Part shown: positions 40,001 through 55,000 of the stretch, one piece after another
Layout: every line of letters starts with the position of its first letter
Numbering within the stretch: the first letter of the stretch is position 1
DNA from: the human T2T-CHM13v2.0 reference genome, Homo sapiens
Length of the DNA stretch: 64,000 nucleotides
Strand: one strand, 5' to 3'
Assembly (NCBI RefSeq): GCF_009914755.1
Contig: NC_060932.1
Translations under genes and position numbers: made by a program
The notes under the pieces: model-generated
What the model was told of the DNA's origin: nothing
Database searches by the model: none
What the model saw: only the letters and a program-made list of their open reading frames with translations

Positions 40001-43000
40001 AACCTGCGAAGGTATATTTGGGAGCCCATTCAAGCCTAAGGGGAAAAAACAGCATATCCCCAGATAAAAACTAAGAAGAATATATCTGTGAAACTGCTTT
40101 GCAATGTGTGAATTCATCTAACTGAGATAAACCATTCTTTTTTTTCAGCAGGTAAACAACTCTCTTTGGAGAATCAGCAAAGGGACATTTGGGAGACCTT
40201 ATAGGACTATGTGGAAAGAGAATATCCCCATACAGCAGCTAGGAAGCAGCTATGTGTGAAGATGCTTTTTGATGTGTGGATTCATCTCACAGATTGAAAA
40301 CTTTTTTTGATTTGCAGTTTGGAAACACTCCTTTTGGAGAATCTGCAAAGGGACATTTGGGAGCCCATTGAGGCCTATCTGGAAAAACCTAATATCCTCA
40401 TATTAAAACTAGAAAGAGCTGTTTAACTGCTTTGTGATTTGTGGATTCATCTCAGAACTAAACCTTCTTTAAATTCAGCTGGTTAGAAACAATCTTTTTG
40501 GAGAATCTGCAAAAGGGCATATAAGAGCCCATTGATGCCTATGGGAAAACACAGAATATACCCAGGTAAAACTAGAAAGAATCTGTCTGTGCAAAGTACT
40601 TTGTGATGTGTGGATTCATCTCACAGAGTTAAATATTTCTTTTGATTCAGCAGGATGAAAACACTGTTTTTGGAGAATCTGAGAAGGGACATTTGGGAGC
40701 CCCTTGAGGTCTACGAGGAAAACAGAGTGCCCCAATATTAAAACTAGAAAGAGCTATCTGTTTAACTGCTTTGTGATTTGTGGATTCATCTCAGAGTTAA
40801 ACCTTTTTTTTTTTGATTCAGCAGGTTGGAAGCAATCTTTTTGGAGAAACTGCGAATGGACTTATAAGAGCCGATTGACACCTATGGGAAAACAAAATTA
40901 TACCCACATAAAACTAGAAAGAATCTGTCTGTGCAAAATACTTTGTGATGTGTGGATTCATCTCACAGAGTTAAACCTTTCTTTTGATTCAGCAGGATGA
41001 AAGCACTCTTTTTGGAGAATCTGAGAAAGGATATTTGGGAGTCTATTGAGGCTTATGGGGAAAAAGTGGTTATCCTCAGTTAAAAACTAGAAAGAAACTC
41101 TCTGTGAAACTTCTTCATGGCATGTGGATTCATCTCACAGAGTTAAACTTTTGTTTTTGACTCAGTGGGTTGGAAACACTTTTTTTGAGGAGTCTGCGAA
41201 GGGAATTTTTGGAGCCCATTGAGACCTATGTGGAAAAACTGAATATCCCCAGATAAAAAAAGAAAAAAAGCTATCTGTGAAAATACTTTGTGATGTGTGG
41301 ATTCATCTCAATAAACTAAAACTTTCTTTTAACACAGGAGGTTACAAACACTCTTTCTGGAGAATTTGCAAAGGGAAATTTTGCAGCCCTTTGAGACTAA
41401 TGGAAAAAACTGAATATGTCCAGATAAAAACTCAAAAGAAATTATTTGTGATACTTCTTGATGTGTGTATTCATTTCACAGAGTTAAACCTTCCTTTTTA
41501 TCTAGCAGGTTGGAAACCCTCTTGTTGGAGAATCTGCAAAGAGAAAGTAGGGCGCCCTTTGATGCCAATGGAGAAAAACCAAATATTCCCTGAATAAAAC
41601 TAGAAAGAAGCTATCTGTGAAATTGCTTCATGATGTGTGGATTCATCTCACAGAGTTAAATCTTTCTTTTCATCCAGCATATTGGAAACACTCTTTTTGT
41701 AGGATGTGTGAAGGGACATTTTGGAGCCTATTGAGTCCTATAAATAAAAACCAAATATACTTAGATAAAAACTGGAAAGAAGCTATCTGTGAAACTGATT
41801 TGTGATTTGTGGATTCATCTCACATTTCTTTTGATTCAGTAGGTTGGAAACACACTCTTTGGAGAATCTGTGAAGGGACATGTGGAAGCCCATTGAGGTC
41901 TATGTGGAAAATTTGAACATCCCCAGATAAAAACTAGAAAGAAGCAATGTGTGGAACTGCTTTGTGATGTGTGGATTCATCTCACAGAGTTAAACACCTC
42001 TTTTGATTAAAAGGTTGGAAACACTCTTTTTGGAGGGTCTATGAAGGGATATTTGGTATCCCTTTGAGGCTTCTGGGGAAAACCTGAATATCCTCTGATA
42101 AAAATTACAAATAAGCTACCTGTGATAATGCTTTTCGATGTGGGGATTCATCTCGAAAGTTTAACATTTCCTTTGATTCAGCAGGTTGAAAATACTCTTT
42201 TTGGAGGATCTGCAAAGAGACATTTGGGAGCCCTTTGAGGTCTATGGGAAAAAATCAAATATCCCCAGACAGAAACTAGAAAGAAGCTATAGGTGAAACT
42301 GCTTTATGATGTGTGAATTCATCTCACAGAGTAGAACCTTTCCTTTGATTCAGCAGGTTGTAGACACTCTCTTTCGAGAATCTGTGAAGGGGCATTTTGG
42401 AGCCCATTGAGGCCTGTGAGGAAAAAGTGAATATCACCAGATAAAAACTAGAAAGAAGCTATCTGCGAAACTACTTTGTAATATGTGGATTCATCCTATA
42501 GAGTTAAACCTTTCCTTTGATTCAGCAAGTTCAAAACACTCATTTTGAAGTATCTGCAAGGGGACATTTGGGAGCCCTTTGAAGCCTGTGGGGCAAAATG
42601 GAATAGCCCCAGATAAAAACTACAAAGAAGCTGTGAAAGTGATTTGTGATGTATGGATTCAACTAACAGAATGAAACCTTCCTTCTGATTCAGGAGGTTG
42701 GAAACACGCTTTTGGCAGAATCTGCAAAAAGACATTTTGAAGCACCTTAGAGCCTATGGGGCAAACCCAAATATCCCCAGATGAAAACTAGAAAGAAGGT
42801 ATTTGTGAAACTGCTTTGTGATGTGGGGATTAATGTCACAGAGTTAAAACTTTGTCTTGATTCAGAAGGTTGGAAACACTTTTTTGGGGGAATCTGCAAA
42901 GGGACATTTTGGAGCACATTGACTCCTACTGGGAAAACCTAACATCCCCAGATAACAACGAGAAAGTAGCTATCTGTGAAAATGCTTTGTTATTTGTGGA

Positions 43001-46000
43001 TACATCTCACAGAATTAATTTTTTTTGATTCAGCAGAGTAGTAACACTCTATTTGGAGAATATGTGAAGGGAAATTTGGGAGCCTATTTAGGCCTAGGGT
43101 AAAAACAGAATATTGCCAGATAAAAACTAGAAAGAATCTATCTCTTCAATTGCTTTGTGACATGTTGGTTCTTCTCACAGAGTTAATCTTTTCTTCTGAT
43201 TCAGCAGCTTGGAATCACTGCCATTGGAGTATTGGTGAAAGGATATGTGGGAGCCCATTGGGGCCTATAAATATAAACTGAATATCCCCAGATAGCAACA
43301 AGAAAGAAATTATCTATGATAATGCTTTGTGATGTGTGGATTCATCTCACAGAGTTAAAACTTTCTTTATTTAGCAGGCTGAAAACTCTCTTACTGTAGG
43401 ATCTGCAAAAAGACATTTTGGAATTTATTGATGCCTACGAGGCAAAACCAAATATCCCCAATTAAAAACTAGAAAGAACTTATCTGTGAAATTGCTTTGT
43501 AATATGTGGATTCATCTCACAGAGTTAATGCTTTCTTCTGATTCAGCAGGTTGGAAACCCTCTTTTTGAAGCATTTGCAAAGGGACATTTCAGAGCTCTT
43601 TGAGGCCTATTTGCAAAATAGAATATCCCAAGATAAAAAATTGAAAGAAGTTTTCTGTGAAACTGATTTGTGATGTGTGGATTCATTTAACGGAGTAAAC
43701 CTTTCTCGTGATTCACCAGGTTGGAAACACTCTTTTGTAGAATATTGAAAGAGTAATTTGGGAGACAATTGAGGCCTATAGGGGAAAACAGAATATTCCT
43801 GGAAAATAACTGGAAAGATGTTATCTGTTAAACTGCTTTGTTATGTGTGGATTCATCCTAAGGAATTAAACCTTTCTTTTATTCAGCATTTTGGAAACAA
43901 TATTTTTGGAGAAACTGCAAAGAAAATTTAGGTGTCCATGGAGGCCTATGGGAAAAACTGAATATCCCCAAATAAAAACTAGAAAGAAGCTATCTGTGAA
44001 ACTGCTTTTGGATATGCAGATTCATCTCACAGAGATAAAACTTTCTTTTTATTCAGCAGGTGGGAAGCACTTTTTTTGTAGAATCTGCAATGAGACATTT
44101 GAGAGTCCATTGTGGCGTACACGGAAAAACAATATCCCCAGAAAAAAACTGAAAGAATCCACCTGTGAAACTGCTTTGTGATGTGTGGATTCGTCTCACA
44201 GGGTCAAACCTATCTTTTGATTCAGCAGGTTGGAAAAACTATTTTTGGAGAATCTGCAAAGAGACATTTTGGAGCCCATTGAAGTTTATATGGAAAAACA
44301 GAATATCACCAGATAAAAACTAGAAAGAAGTTATCTGTGAAACTGCCTTGTGATATGAGGATTCATCTCACAGAGTTAAACCTTTCTTTTGATGCAGGAG
44401 GTAGAAAACGCTCTTTTTGGAGAATCTGTGAAGGAATATTCATGAGCCATTGAGGCCTACAGGAAAAAGCATATAACCCCAGATAAAAAAAGGAAGATGC
44501 TATCTTTGAATCTGCTTTGTGATGTGTGGATTCATCTGACAGAGTTAAACCCTCCTTTTCAAGCAGCAGGTTGGAAACACTCTTTTTGTAGCATCTTTGA
44601 CAAGACATTTCTGAGCCAATTTAAGCCTATGCAGAAAAGCCGAATATCCTCAGATAAAAACTAGAAAGAAGCTATCAGTGAATCTGTTTTGTGACGTGTG
44701 GATTCATCTCACAAAGTTAAACATTTCTTTTGATTTCACAGATCGGAAACACTCTTTTTGGAAAATCTGCAAAGGGACAGTTAGGAGTCCACTGTGACCT
44801 ATGAAGAATAACCAAATATCTCCAGATAAAAACTAGATAGAAGCTTTCTGTGAAACTGCTTTGTGATGTGTGGTTTCATCACACAGAGTTAAATGTTTCT
44901 TTAGATTCAGCAGGTTGGAAATCCACTTTTTGAAAAATCTACAAAAGGAAATATCAGAGCACATTGAGCGCTAAGCACAAATTTGAATATCCCCAGGTGA
45001 ATACTAGAAAGAAGCAATCTGTGAAACTGCTTTGTGATGTGGGGATTCATGTCACAGTTAAAACTTTCTCTTGATTTAGGAGGTTGCAAACACTCTTTTT
45101 GTAGAATCTGTGAAGGATCATTTCAGAGCCCATTGAAGACTATTGGGGAAAAATGGAATATCCCCAGATAAAAACTAGAAAGAACTCTCGGTGAAACTGC
45201 TTTGTGATGTGTGGATTCATCTCAAGGAATTAAAATTTTCTTTTAATTCAGCAGTTGGAAACACTCTTTTTGTAGAACCTGTGAAGAACCTTTGCATGCC
45301 CATTGAGGCCTAAGGGAAAAAACATAATATCCCCAGATAAAAACTAGAAGGAAGGTATCTGTGAAACTGCTTGTGATGTAGGGATTGATGTCACAGAGAA
45401 AAAACTTTCTTTTGATTCAGCAGGTTGGAATAACTGTTTTTGGAGAATCAGCCAAGAGACATTTAGGAGCCCATTGAGGCCTATGGAGGAAAACATAATA
45501 TCACCAGTTAAAACCTAGAAAGGTGCTATGTGTAAAACTGCTTTGGATACGTGGATTCATCTCGCCAAAGTAATCCTTTCTTTTAATTAAGCAGGTTGGA
45601 AACACTCTTTTTGGAGAATTTGCAAAGGGACATTTGAGAGACCATTAAGGCCAATGGGGAAAAACCTAATATACCCAGATAAAAACTAGAAAGAAGATCT
45701 CTGTGATACTGCCTTGTGATTTGTGGATTCATCTCACAGATTTAAACCCTTCTTTTGGTTTAGCAAGTTGGAAATTGTTTTTTGGAAAATTTGTGAAGGG
45801 ACATTTAGGAGCCCACTGAGGCCATTGGAGCAAAACTGAATACCATCAGATGAAAACTAGAAAGAAGCTATCTGTGAAACTGCTTTGTAATGTGTGGATT
45901 CATCTCACAGAGTTAAACATTTCTTTGGATTCAGCAGGTTGGAAACACTATTTTTGGAATATCTGCAAAAGGACATTTGGGAGCCCATTGAGGCTTACAG

Positions 46001-49000
46001 GTAAAAGCAAAATAACCCCAGATAAAAACTAGAAAGAAGCAATCTGTGAAAGTGCTTTGTGATGTGTGGATTCTTTTCACAGAGTTAAAGCTTTATATTA
46101 ATTCAGTAGGTAGGAAACACTCTTTGTGGAAAATCTGTGAAGGGCCATTTTGGAGAACATTGAGGCCAAAGGAGAAAAACTGGATATCCCCAGACAAACA
46201 CTAGAGAGAAGCTATCTTTCAAACTGCTTGGTGATGGGTGAATTCATCTCACAGAGTTAAACTTTCCTCTTTATTTACTGTGTTGGAAACACTTTCTTTC
46301 TATAAACTTCAAAGAGACAGTTGGGAGCTCATTGAATCCTAATGGGCAAAATAGAATATCACCAGATGAAAATTAGAAAGAATCTATCTTTGAAACTGCA
46401 TTGTGATGTGAGGATTCATCTCAAAGTGTTAAACCTTTCTTTTTATTCTGCAGGTTCGATAAACTCTTTTTGGAGAATCTGTGAAGGGACATTTTGCAGC
46501 CCTATATGGGTAATGGAGAAAAACCAAATATCCCCAGAGAAAAACGAGAGAGAAGCTCTCTGTGACACTGCTTTGTGATGTGTGGGTTTATCTCACAGAG
46601 TTAAAACTCTTTTGATTCAGCAGGTTGGAAATCTCTTTTTTATAGAATATGTGAGGGGATATTTGGGAGTCCACTGAGGCCTAGGTAGAAAAAGTAAATA
46701 TCCTAAGAAAAAAATTTGGAAGAATCTTTCTGTGAAGCAGCTTTACAATATATGGATTCATCTCACAGAATTAAACCTTTCCTTTTATTCAATAGATTGG
46801 AAACACTCTTTCTGAGGAACCTGCAAACGTACATTTTGGATTCCATTCAGGCTTAAGGGGAAACAGCAAACGTATCCACATAAAAACTAGAAAGAATCTA
46901 TCTGTGAAGCTGCTTTGTGACATGCGGATTCATCTCACTGAGATAAACCACTCTTCTGTTTCAGTAGTTTGAAAAGAGTCTTTTTGGAGAATCAGTGAAG
47001 GGACATTTGGGAGACCATTGAGGCCTATGTGGAAAAACAGAATACCCCATATAGAAACTAGAAAGAAGCTATCTGTGAAACTGCTTTGTGATGTGTGGAT
47101 TCATCTCACAGAGTTAAACCTTTCTTTTATTTCAGCTGACTGGAAACACTGTTTTTGGAAAATCTGCAAGGGGACATTTGTGAGCCCACTGATGCCTGTT
47201 GAAAAAAAAGGTGAATATCCTTAGATAAAAACTAGAAAGAAGCTATCTGTGAAACCGCTTGGTGATGTGTGGATTCATCTCACAGAGTTAAAAGTTTCTT
47301 TTGATTCAGCAGGTCAGAAACACACTTTTCTGAGAATCTGCGAAGGGATATTTTCCAGCCCATTGATGCCTAAGGGAAAAAAACGAATATCCCCAGATAA
47401 AAACTCGAAAGAAGCTACCTGTGACACAACTCCATGGTGTGTGGATTCCCTTCAGAGAGTTAAGCCATTCTGTGGATTAAGCAGATTGGAAACACTTTTT
47501 GGAGAACTTGCGAGGGGACAATTGGGAGCAAATTTTAGCCTATAGAAAAAAACTAAATATCCTCAGATAAAAACTAGAAAGAAGATATCTGAGAAAATGC
47601 TTTGTGATGTGTGTATTCATGTCCCAGATATAAACGTTTCTTTTTATTCAGCAGGTTGAAAACACTTACTTTAGAGAATCTATGAAGGGACATTTGGGAG
47701 CTTATTGAGGACTGTGGGGAAAAACTGAATATCCCAAGATAGAAACTCAAAAGAAACTACATGTGAAACTGATGTGATGTGTGAATTTATCTCACAAAAT
47801 TAAACTATTCTTCTGAATCAGCAAGTTGGAAACACTCTTTTTGGAGAATCTGTGAATGGACTTTTGGGAGCCCATTGAGGCCTATGGGGATCAACAAAAT
47901 ATCCTCAGGTAAAAACTAGAAATAAGGTAACTATGAAACTGCCTTGTGAGGTGTGGATTCATCTGATGGAGTTAAAATTTTCTTTTGATTCAACAGCTTG
48001 GAAATGCTCTTTTTGGAGAATCTGTGATGGAACGTTCGGGGGCCCATTGGGGCCTATGTGGCAAAAAAGTATATCCCCAGAGAAAAACTAGAAAGAAGCT
48101 GTCTGTGAAACTGCTTTGTAATATGTGGATTCATCTCACAGAGTTAAAACTTTCTTTTCATCCATCAGGTTTGAAAACTCTTTTTGCAAAATCTGCGAAA
48201 AAGCATATTTGAGCCTGTTGTGGCCTATGGGGCAAAATTGAATATTCCCAGAAAAAAAACTATAAAGAAGCCATCTGTGAAACTCTTTTGTGATGTGTGG
48301 ATTCATCTCACAGAGTTAAACCTTCCTTTTGATTCAGCAGGTAGGAAATCCTCTTTTTGGAGCATCTGCAAAGGGACTCTTGAAAGCCCATTGTGGCCTA
48401 TGGGGAAAAATTGAATATCCCAAGATAAAAACTAGAAAGAAGCTGTCTGTGAAACTGTTTTGTGGTGTGTGGCTTCATATTACACTGGTAAACTTTTCTT
48501 TTGATTTAGCAGGTTGGAAACATTCTTTTGGTAGATTCTGCAAGAGATATTTGGGAACCCTTTGAGGACTATTGGGAAAAACTGAATTTCCCCAGAAAAA
48601 AAAAAACTAGAGAGTTGCAATCTGTGAAACTTCTATGTGCTGTGTGGATTTATCTCCCAGAGGTAAACCATTCTTTTGATTCAGCAGGTGGGAAACACTC
48701 TTCTTGGAGAATATGCAAAAGGACATTTTGTAGCCCATTGTGGCCTATGGGGAAAAACAAAATATGCCTAGATAAAAACTAGAAAGAAGCTGTCTGTGGA
48801 ACTGCTTTGTGATATGTGTATTCACCTCACAGAGTTAAACGTTTCTGTTGATTCAGGAGGTTGGAACCACTTTAACTGGAGATTCTGTGAAGAGACATTT
48901 AGAAGCCCATTCAGACATACAAGAAAAAACTAAATGTCCCCAGGTAAGAACTAGAAATAAGCGATCTGTGAAACTGTTTTGTGATGTGTGGATTGATCCC

Positions 49001-52000
49001 ACAGAGATAAAATTTCCTTTTGATCCAGCAGGTTGGAAACACTATAATTTTAGATTTTGCAAAGAAACTTTTCAGAGCCTTTTGAAGATTACAAAGAAAA
49101 ACTGAATATCCCTAGATTAAAAACTAGAAAGAAGCTATCCATGAAACTGCTTTGTGATATGTGGATTCACCTCAAAGATTTAAACCTCTCCTTTGATTTG
49201 TAGGTTGGAAATATATTTTTGGAGAATCTGTGAAGGGTCATCTGGGAGCCCATTGTGGCCTATGCAGAAAACCTGAATATCCCCAGATAAAAACTAGGAA
49301 GAAGCTGTTTGTGAAACGATTTTCTTATGTGTGGCTTCATCTAACAGAGTTAAAACTTTCTTTTAATTCATCAGGTTTAAAACATTCCTTTTGAATAATC
49401 CATGAAGGGACATTTGTTAGCCCATTAAGGCCTGTGTGGAAAATGGAATATCCCCAGATCAAAACTAGAAAGAAGCTATCTGTGAAACTATTTTGTGAAG
49501 TGTTGATTCATCTCACAGTGATAAACTTTTGTTTTGATTCGACAGGCTGCAAAGGGACATCTTGAAGCCACTGAGGCCTATGAAGAAAAACTGAATATTC
49601 CCAATAAAAATGAGAAAGAAGCTATCTGTGAAAATGCTTTTTGATGTGTGGATTCATCTCACAAGTTACAATTTTCTTTCAATTGAGGAGGTTGGAAATA
49701 CTCTTTTTGGAGAATATGAGAAGGGACATTTGGGAGCCAACTGAGGCCCATGTGGAAAAGCTAAATATACCCAGATAAAACATGGAAAGAAGCAATCTGT
49801 GAAACAGCATTGTGATGTGTGGGTTCGTCTCACAGAGTTAAAACTTTCTTTTCATTCAGCAGGTTAAAAACACTCTTTTTGGAGAATGTTCAATGGGACA
49901 TTTCAGAGCCCATTGAGGCCTGAGGGGAAAAACAGAATATCCACAGACAAAAAATAGACAGAAACTATCTGTGAAAGTACTTTGTGAAGTGTGAATGCAT
50001 CTCACAGAGTTAAATCTTTCTTTTGAATCAGCAGGTTGGAAACACTCTTTTTGGAGAATCTGCGAAGGGACATTTGAGAGCCCATTATGGCTTTTGAGGA
50101 AACACGAAATATCCCCAGATCAAAACTAGAAGGAAAGTATCTGCAAAACTGCTTTTTGATGTGTGGAGTCATCTCACAGAGTTAAACATTACTTTTGAAT
50201 CTGCAGGTTGGACAACTTTTTTTGGGAAATCTGTGAATGGACATTAGGGAGCTTACTGAGTCGTATTGCAAAAAACTGAATGTTTCCAAATAAAAACTAG
50301 AAAGAAGCTACCTGTGAAACTACTTTCTGATGTGTGGATTCATTTCATGGAATTAAACCTTTTTTATGATTCAGCAGGTTGGAAAATCTCTTTTTGAAGG
50401 ATCTGGAAAGTGACATTTTGGAGCCCTTTGAAGCCTAGGGGAAAAACGGAATATCTCCAGATAAACAGTATAAAGAAGCCATCTGTAAAACTGCTTTGCG
50501 ATGTTTGATTAATCTCAAAGAGTTAAAACTTTCTTTTCAACCAGCAGGTTGGAAACACTCTTTTTGGGGAATAAATGGATATTTGGGAGCCCTTTGAAGC
50601 TTATGGGAATAAACTGAATATTCACAGATAAAAACTAGAAAGAAGCTATCCTTGAAACTGCTTTCTGATGTGTGGATTCATTTCACAGAGTTAAAACTTT
50701 CTTTATATCCAGCAGGTTGGAAACACTCTTTTTGGAGGATCTGTGAAAGGACATTTGGGAGCCCACTGAGGCCTGTGTGAAAAAAATGGGGTATCCCCTG
50801 ATAAAAACTAGAAAGAAGCCATCTGTGAAACTTCCTTGATATGTGGATTCATTGCAGAGAGATAAACATTTATTTTGATTCAGCAAATAGAAAATGCTTT
50901 TTATAGAATCTGTGAAGGAACATTTGTAAGCCCATTGAGTTTGATAGAGAAAAACGGATTACCAACATATAAAAACTTAAAAGAAACTATCTGTGAAACT
51001 GCTTTGTGATGTGTGGATTCATCTCACAGAGTTAAGCCTTTCTTTTCACTCTGCAGGTTGGAAACACTCCTTTTCCAGACTCTACTAAGGGATATTTGGG
51101 AGTTCCTTGAGGCATAGGGGGAAAAACCAAATACTCAAAGATAAAAATTAGAAAGAAGCTATCTGTGAAACTGCTATGTAATGTGTGAATTCATCTCACA
51201 GAGTTAAACTTGTCTTTTGATTAAGCAGGATAGAAACCCTCTTTTTCTAGAATCTGCAAAGGGACATTTGGGTGCCCATTGAGACCCATGTGGATAAACA
51301 CAATATAGACAGATAAAAACTAGAAAGAAGCTATGTGTAAATCTGATTTTTGATGTGCAAATTCACATCACAGCATTAAACCTTTTTTTTATTCAGCAGG
51401 TTGGAAACCCTCTTTTTGGAGAATCAGTGAAGGGACATTTAGGAGCCCACTGACACCTATGGGAAAACACCAAATATTCTCAGATACAAACTAGAAAGAA
51501 ACTATCTCTGAAACTGCCTTGTGGTGCGTGGATTCAGCTCACAGAGTTAAACTTTTCTTTTGATTCAGCAGGGGAAAACATTCTTTTTGCAGAATCCGTG
51601 AAGGGACAATTGAAGCCCATTGAGGCCTACGGGGTAAAAAGGAATAAAACCAGATAAAAACTACAGAGAAGCTATCTGTGAAACTGATTTTTGATGGGTA
51701 AACTTATCTCACAGTGTTAAACCGTTCTTTTGATGGAGCTGATTGGAAATACTCTTTTTGGAGAATCTGTGAAGGAGCATATGGGAACCCATAGAGGCGT
51801 AGAGAGAAATACCGAATATCCACAGACAAACATTAGAAAGAAGCTATCTGTGAAACTGCTTTGGATGTGTGGATTCATCTCATATAGTTAAAGCTTTCTT
51901 TTGATTCTGCTGGTGGGAAACATATTTTTGGAGAATATGCAAAGTGTCATTTGAGGGCCCATTGAGGCCAATGGGGAAAAACTGAATATCCCCAGATAAA

Positions 52001-55000
52001 AATTAGAATGAAGTTATCTGTGAAATTGCTTTGTGATGTGTCAATTCATCTCACAGAGTTAAAACTTTCTTTTGATTCGTCAGTTTGGAAATATTCCTTT
52101 TGAAGAATCTGTGAAGGGACACTTTTTAGCCCACTGAGGCCTGTGGAAAAACCTGAATATCCCGAGATAAAAACTAGAAAGAAGCTATCGGTGAAACTTG
52201 TTTGTGATAGGTGGATTCATCTCATAGAGTTAAACATTTGTTTTCATTCAGCAGCATGGAAACACCCTTTTTGGAGAACCTGCAAAGAAATGTTTGAGAG
52301 CCCATTGAGACCTATGGGAAAAAACCGAATATTTCCAGATAAAAAGAAGTTAGAATCTATGTGTGAAACTGCTATGTGATGTGTGGATTCATCTGATGGT
52401 ATTAAACTTGTATTTTGATTCAGCATTTTGGAAACACTCTAATTTCAGAATCTGCGAAATACATTTCAGAGCCCATTGAGGCCAACGGGGAAACACTGGA
52501 TATCTCCAGATAAAATCTGGAGAGAAACTATCTGTGAAATTGCTGTGTGATGTGTAGATTCATTTCACAGAGTTAAATTTTCTTTTGTTTCAGCAGGTTA
52601 CAAACACTCTTTTTGGAGAATCTGTGAGGGGACATTTGCAGGAACATTGAGGCCTATGGGAGAAAAAAACAAATATCCCCAGGTACAAACTAGAAAAAAG
52701 CTATCTGTGAAAATGTTTTGTATACCTCACAGAGGAAAAACGTTCTTTTTATTCACCAGGTTGGAAACACCCTTTTTGGAGAATCTGTGAAGAAACATTT
52801 GGGAGCCCACTGAGGCCTATAAGGAGAAACAAGATATCCCCAGATAAAAAGTAGAAAGAAGCTATCTGTGAAACTGCTTTGTGATGTGTGGATTCATCTC
52901 ACAGAGTTAAACATTTCTTTTGTTTCAACAGGTTGGATACATTCTTTTTGGAGAATCTGTGATGGCACATTTGGGAGCCCATTCAGGCCTATGGGGAAAA
53001 CAGTTTATCCTCAGATAAAAACTAGGAGGTAGATATTTGTGAAATTGCTTTGTGATGTGTGGAATCAACTCACACTGTTAATTTTTTTCTTTTGGTTCAG
53101 CAGGTTGGGACCACATCTTTTTGGAAAATCTACAAAGAAACTTTTGGAAGCCCAGTTAGCCCTATGGGAGAAAACTGAATATTCTCAGATACAAACTAGA
53201 AATGAGCCATCTATGAAACTTCTTTGTGATGTGTGGATTCATCTCAGGGAGTTAAAACTTTTCTTTGATCCACCAAGTTGAAAACACTGTTTTTTGGAGA
53301 ATCTGTGAGGGGCAATTTGGGAGTACTTTGAGGCCTAGCAGGAAAAAAAGAATATCACCAGGTAAAAACTATAAAAGCTACCTGTGAAACTACCTTGTGA
53401 TGTGTAAATACATCTCACACAGTTAAATCTTTCTTTTGATTCAACAGGATCTGAACAATGTTTTTGGAGAATTTGTAAATGGACATTTGAAAACCCATTG
53501 AGGCCTATCAAGAAAAACTGAATATCTCCAAAAAAAACTAGTAAGAAGCTATCTGAGAAACGGCTTTGTAATGTGTGGATTCATCCCACAGAGGTAAAAC
53601 TTTCTTTTGATTCAGAAGGTTGGCAACACTTTTTGGAAAATCTGTGAAAGGACATTTGAGAGCCCATTGAGGCCTATGAGGAAAATGCAAATATCCTTTG
53701 ATAAAAACTGAAAAGAAGCTATCTGTCAAACTGCTCTGTGATGCATTGATTCATCTCACATTGTTAAAACTTTCTTTTGATTTAACAGGCTGGAAACACT
53801 CTTCTCTGAGAATCTGCAAAGGGATATTTTGGATCCCATTAATTTCTAAGGGAAATAATTGAGTATCCCCAGGGGAAAAAAAAACACAAAAGAAGCTATC
53901 TGTGTACTACTTTGTGATGTGTGGGTTCACCTCAGAGAGTTAAACTATTCTTTTGATTCAGCAGGTAGGAAACTCTTTTTGGAGGGTCTGCAAAGTGAAG
54001 TTTGGCAGCCCATTGTGACCTATGGAAAAAAAACAAGTATCCCTAAATAAACCTAGAAAGAAGCTATATGTGTAACTGCTTTGTGATGTTTGGATTCATC
54101 TCACAGGGTTAAAACTTTCATTTGACTCAGCAGGTTGAAAACACTCTTTTTAGATAATCAATGAAGGAAATTTTGGGAGCCTATTGAGGCCAGTGGGGGA
54201 AAAACAAATATCCTGAGATAGAAACTCGAAAGAAGCAATGTGTGAACGTGATGTGATGTGTGGATTCATCTCACAAAGGTAACCCATTCTTTTGCTTCAG
54301 CAGGTTGGAGACACTCTTTTTAGAGAATTTGTGAAGGGACATTTAAGAGCCCATTGAGGTCTTTGGGGAAAAACAAAATATCCCCAGATAAAAACTAGAA
54401 AGCAGCTATCTGAGAAACTGATTTGTGATGTGTGGAATCATCTCACATAGTTAATACTGTCTTTTTATTCAGCAGGGTGGAAACACTCTGTTTGGAGAAT
54501 CTGTGAAGGGACTTTGGGAGCCCATTTAGGCCTGTGGAGAAAAACAAAATATTCCCAGATAAAAACTAGAAAGAAGCTATCTGTGAAACAGCTTTGTGAT
54601 GTGTGGATTTATCTTACAGAGATTAACCTTTCTTTTGATTCAGCAGTTTGGAAACTCTCTTTTTGGAGAACCTGGGATAAAACATTTGGAATCTTATTGA
54701 GGCCTATGTTGACAAACTGAATATTTCCAGATGAAAACTAGTAAGCAGATATTTGTGAATCTGCACTGTACTGTGTCAATTCATCTCACAATGTTAAACC
54801 TTTCTTTTGATTCAGCACGTTGGAAACACTCTTTTTCAATAATCTGTGAAGGGACATTTTGGTGCCCCTTGAGGCTTATAAGAAAAAAACAAAATATCCC
54901 CAAATAAAAAACTAAAAAGGAACTGCCTGTGAAAATGCTTTGTGATATGTGAATTCATCTCACAGACTTAAGTGATTCTTTTGATTCAGCACGTTGGAAA

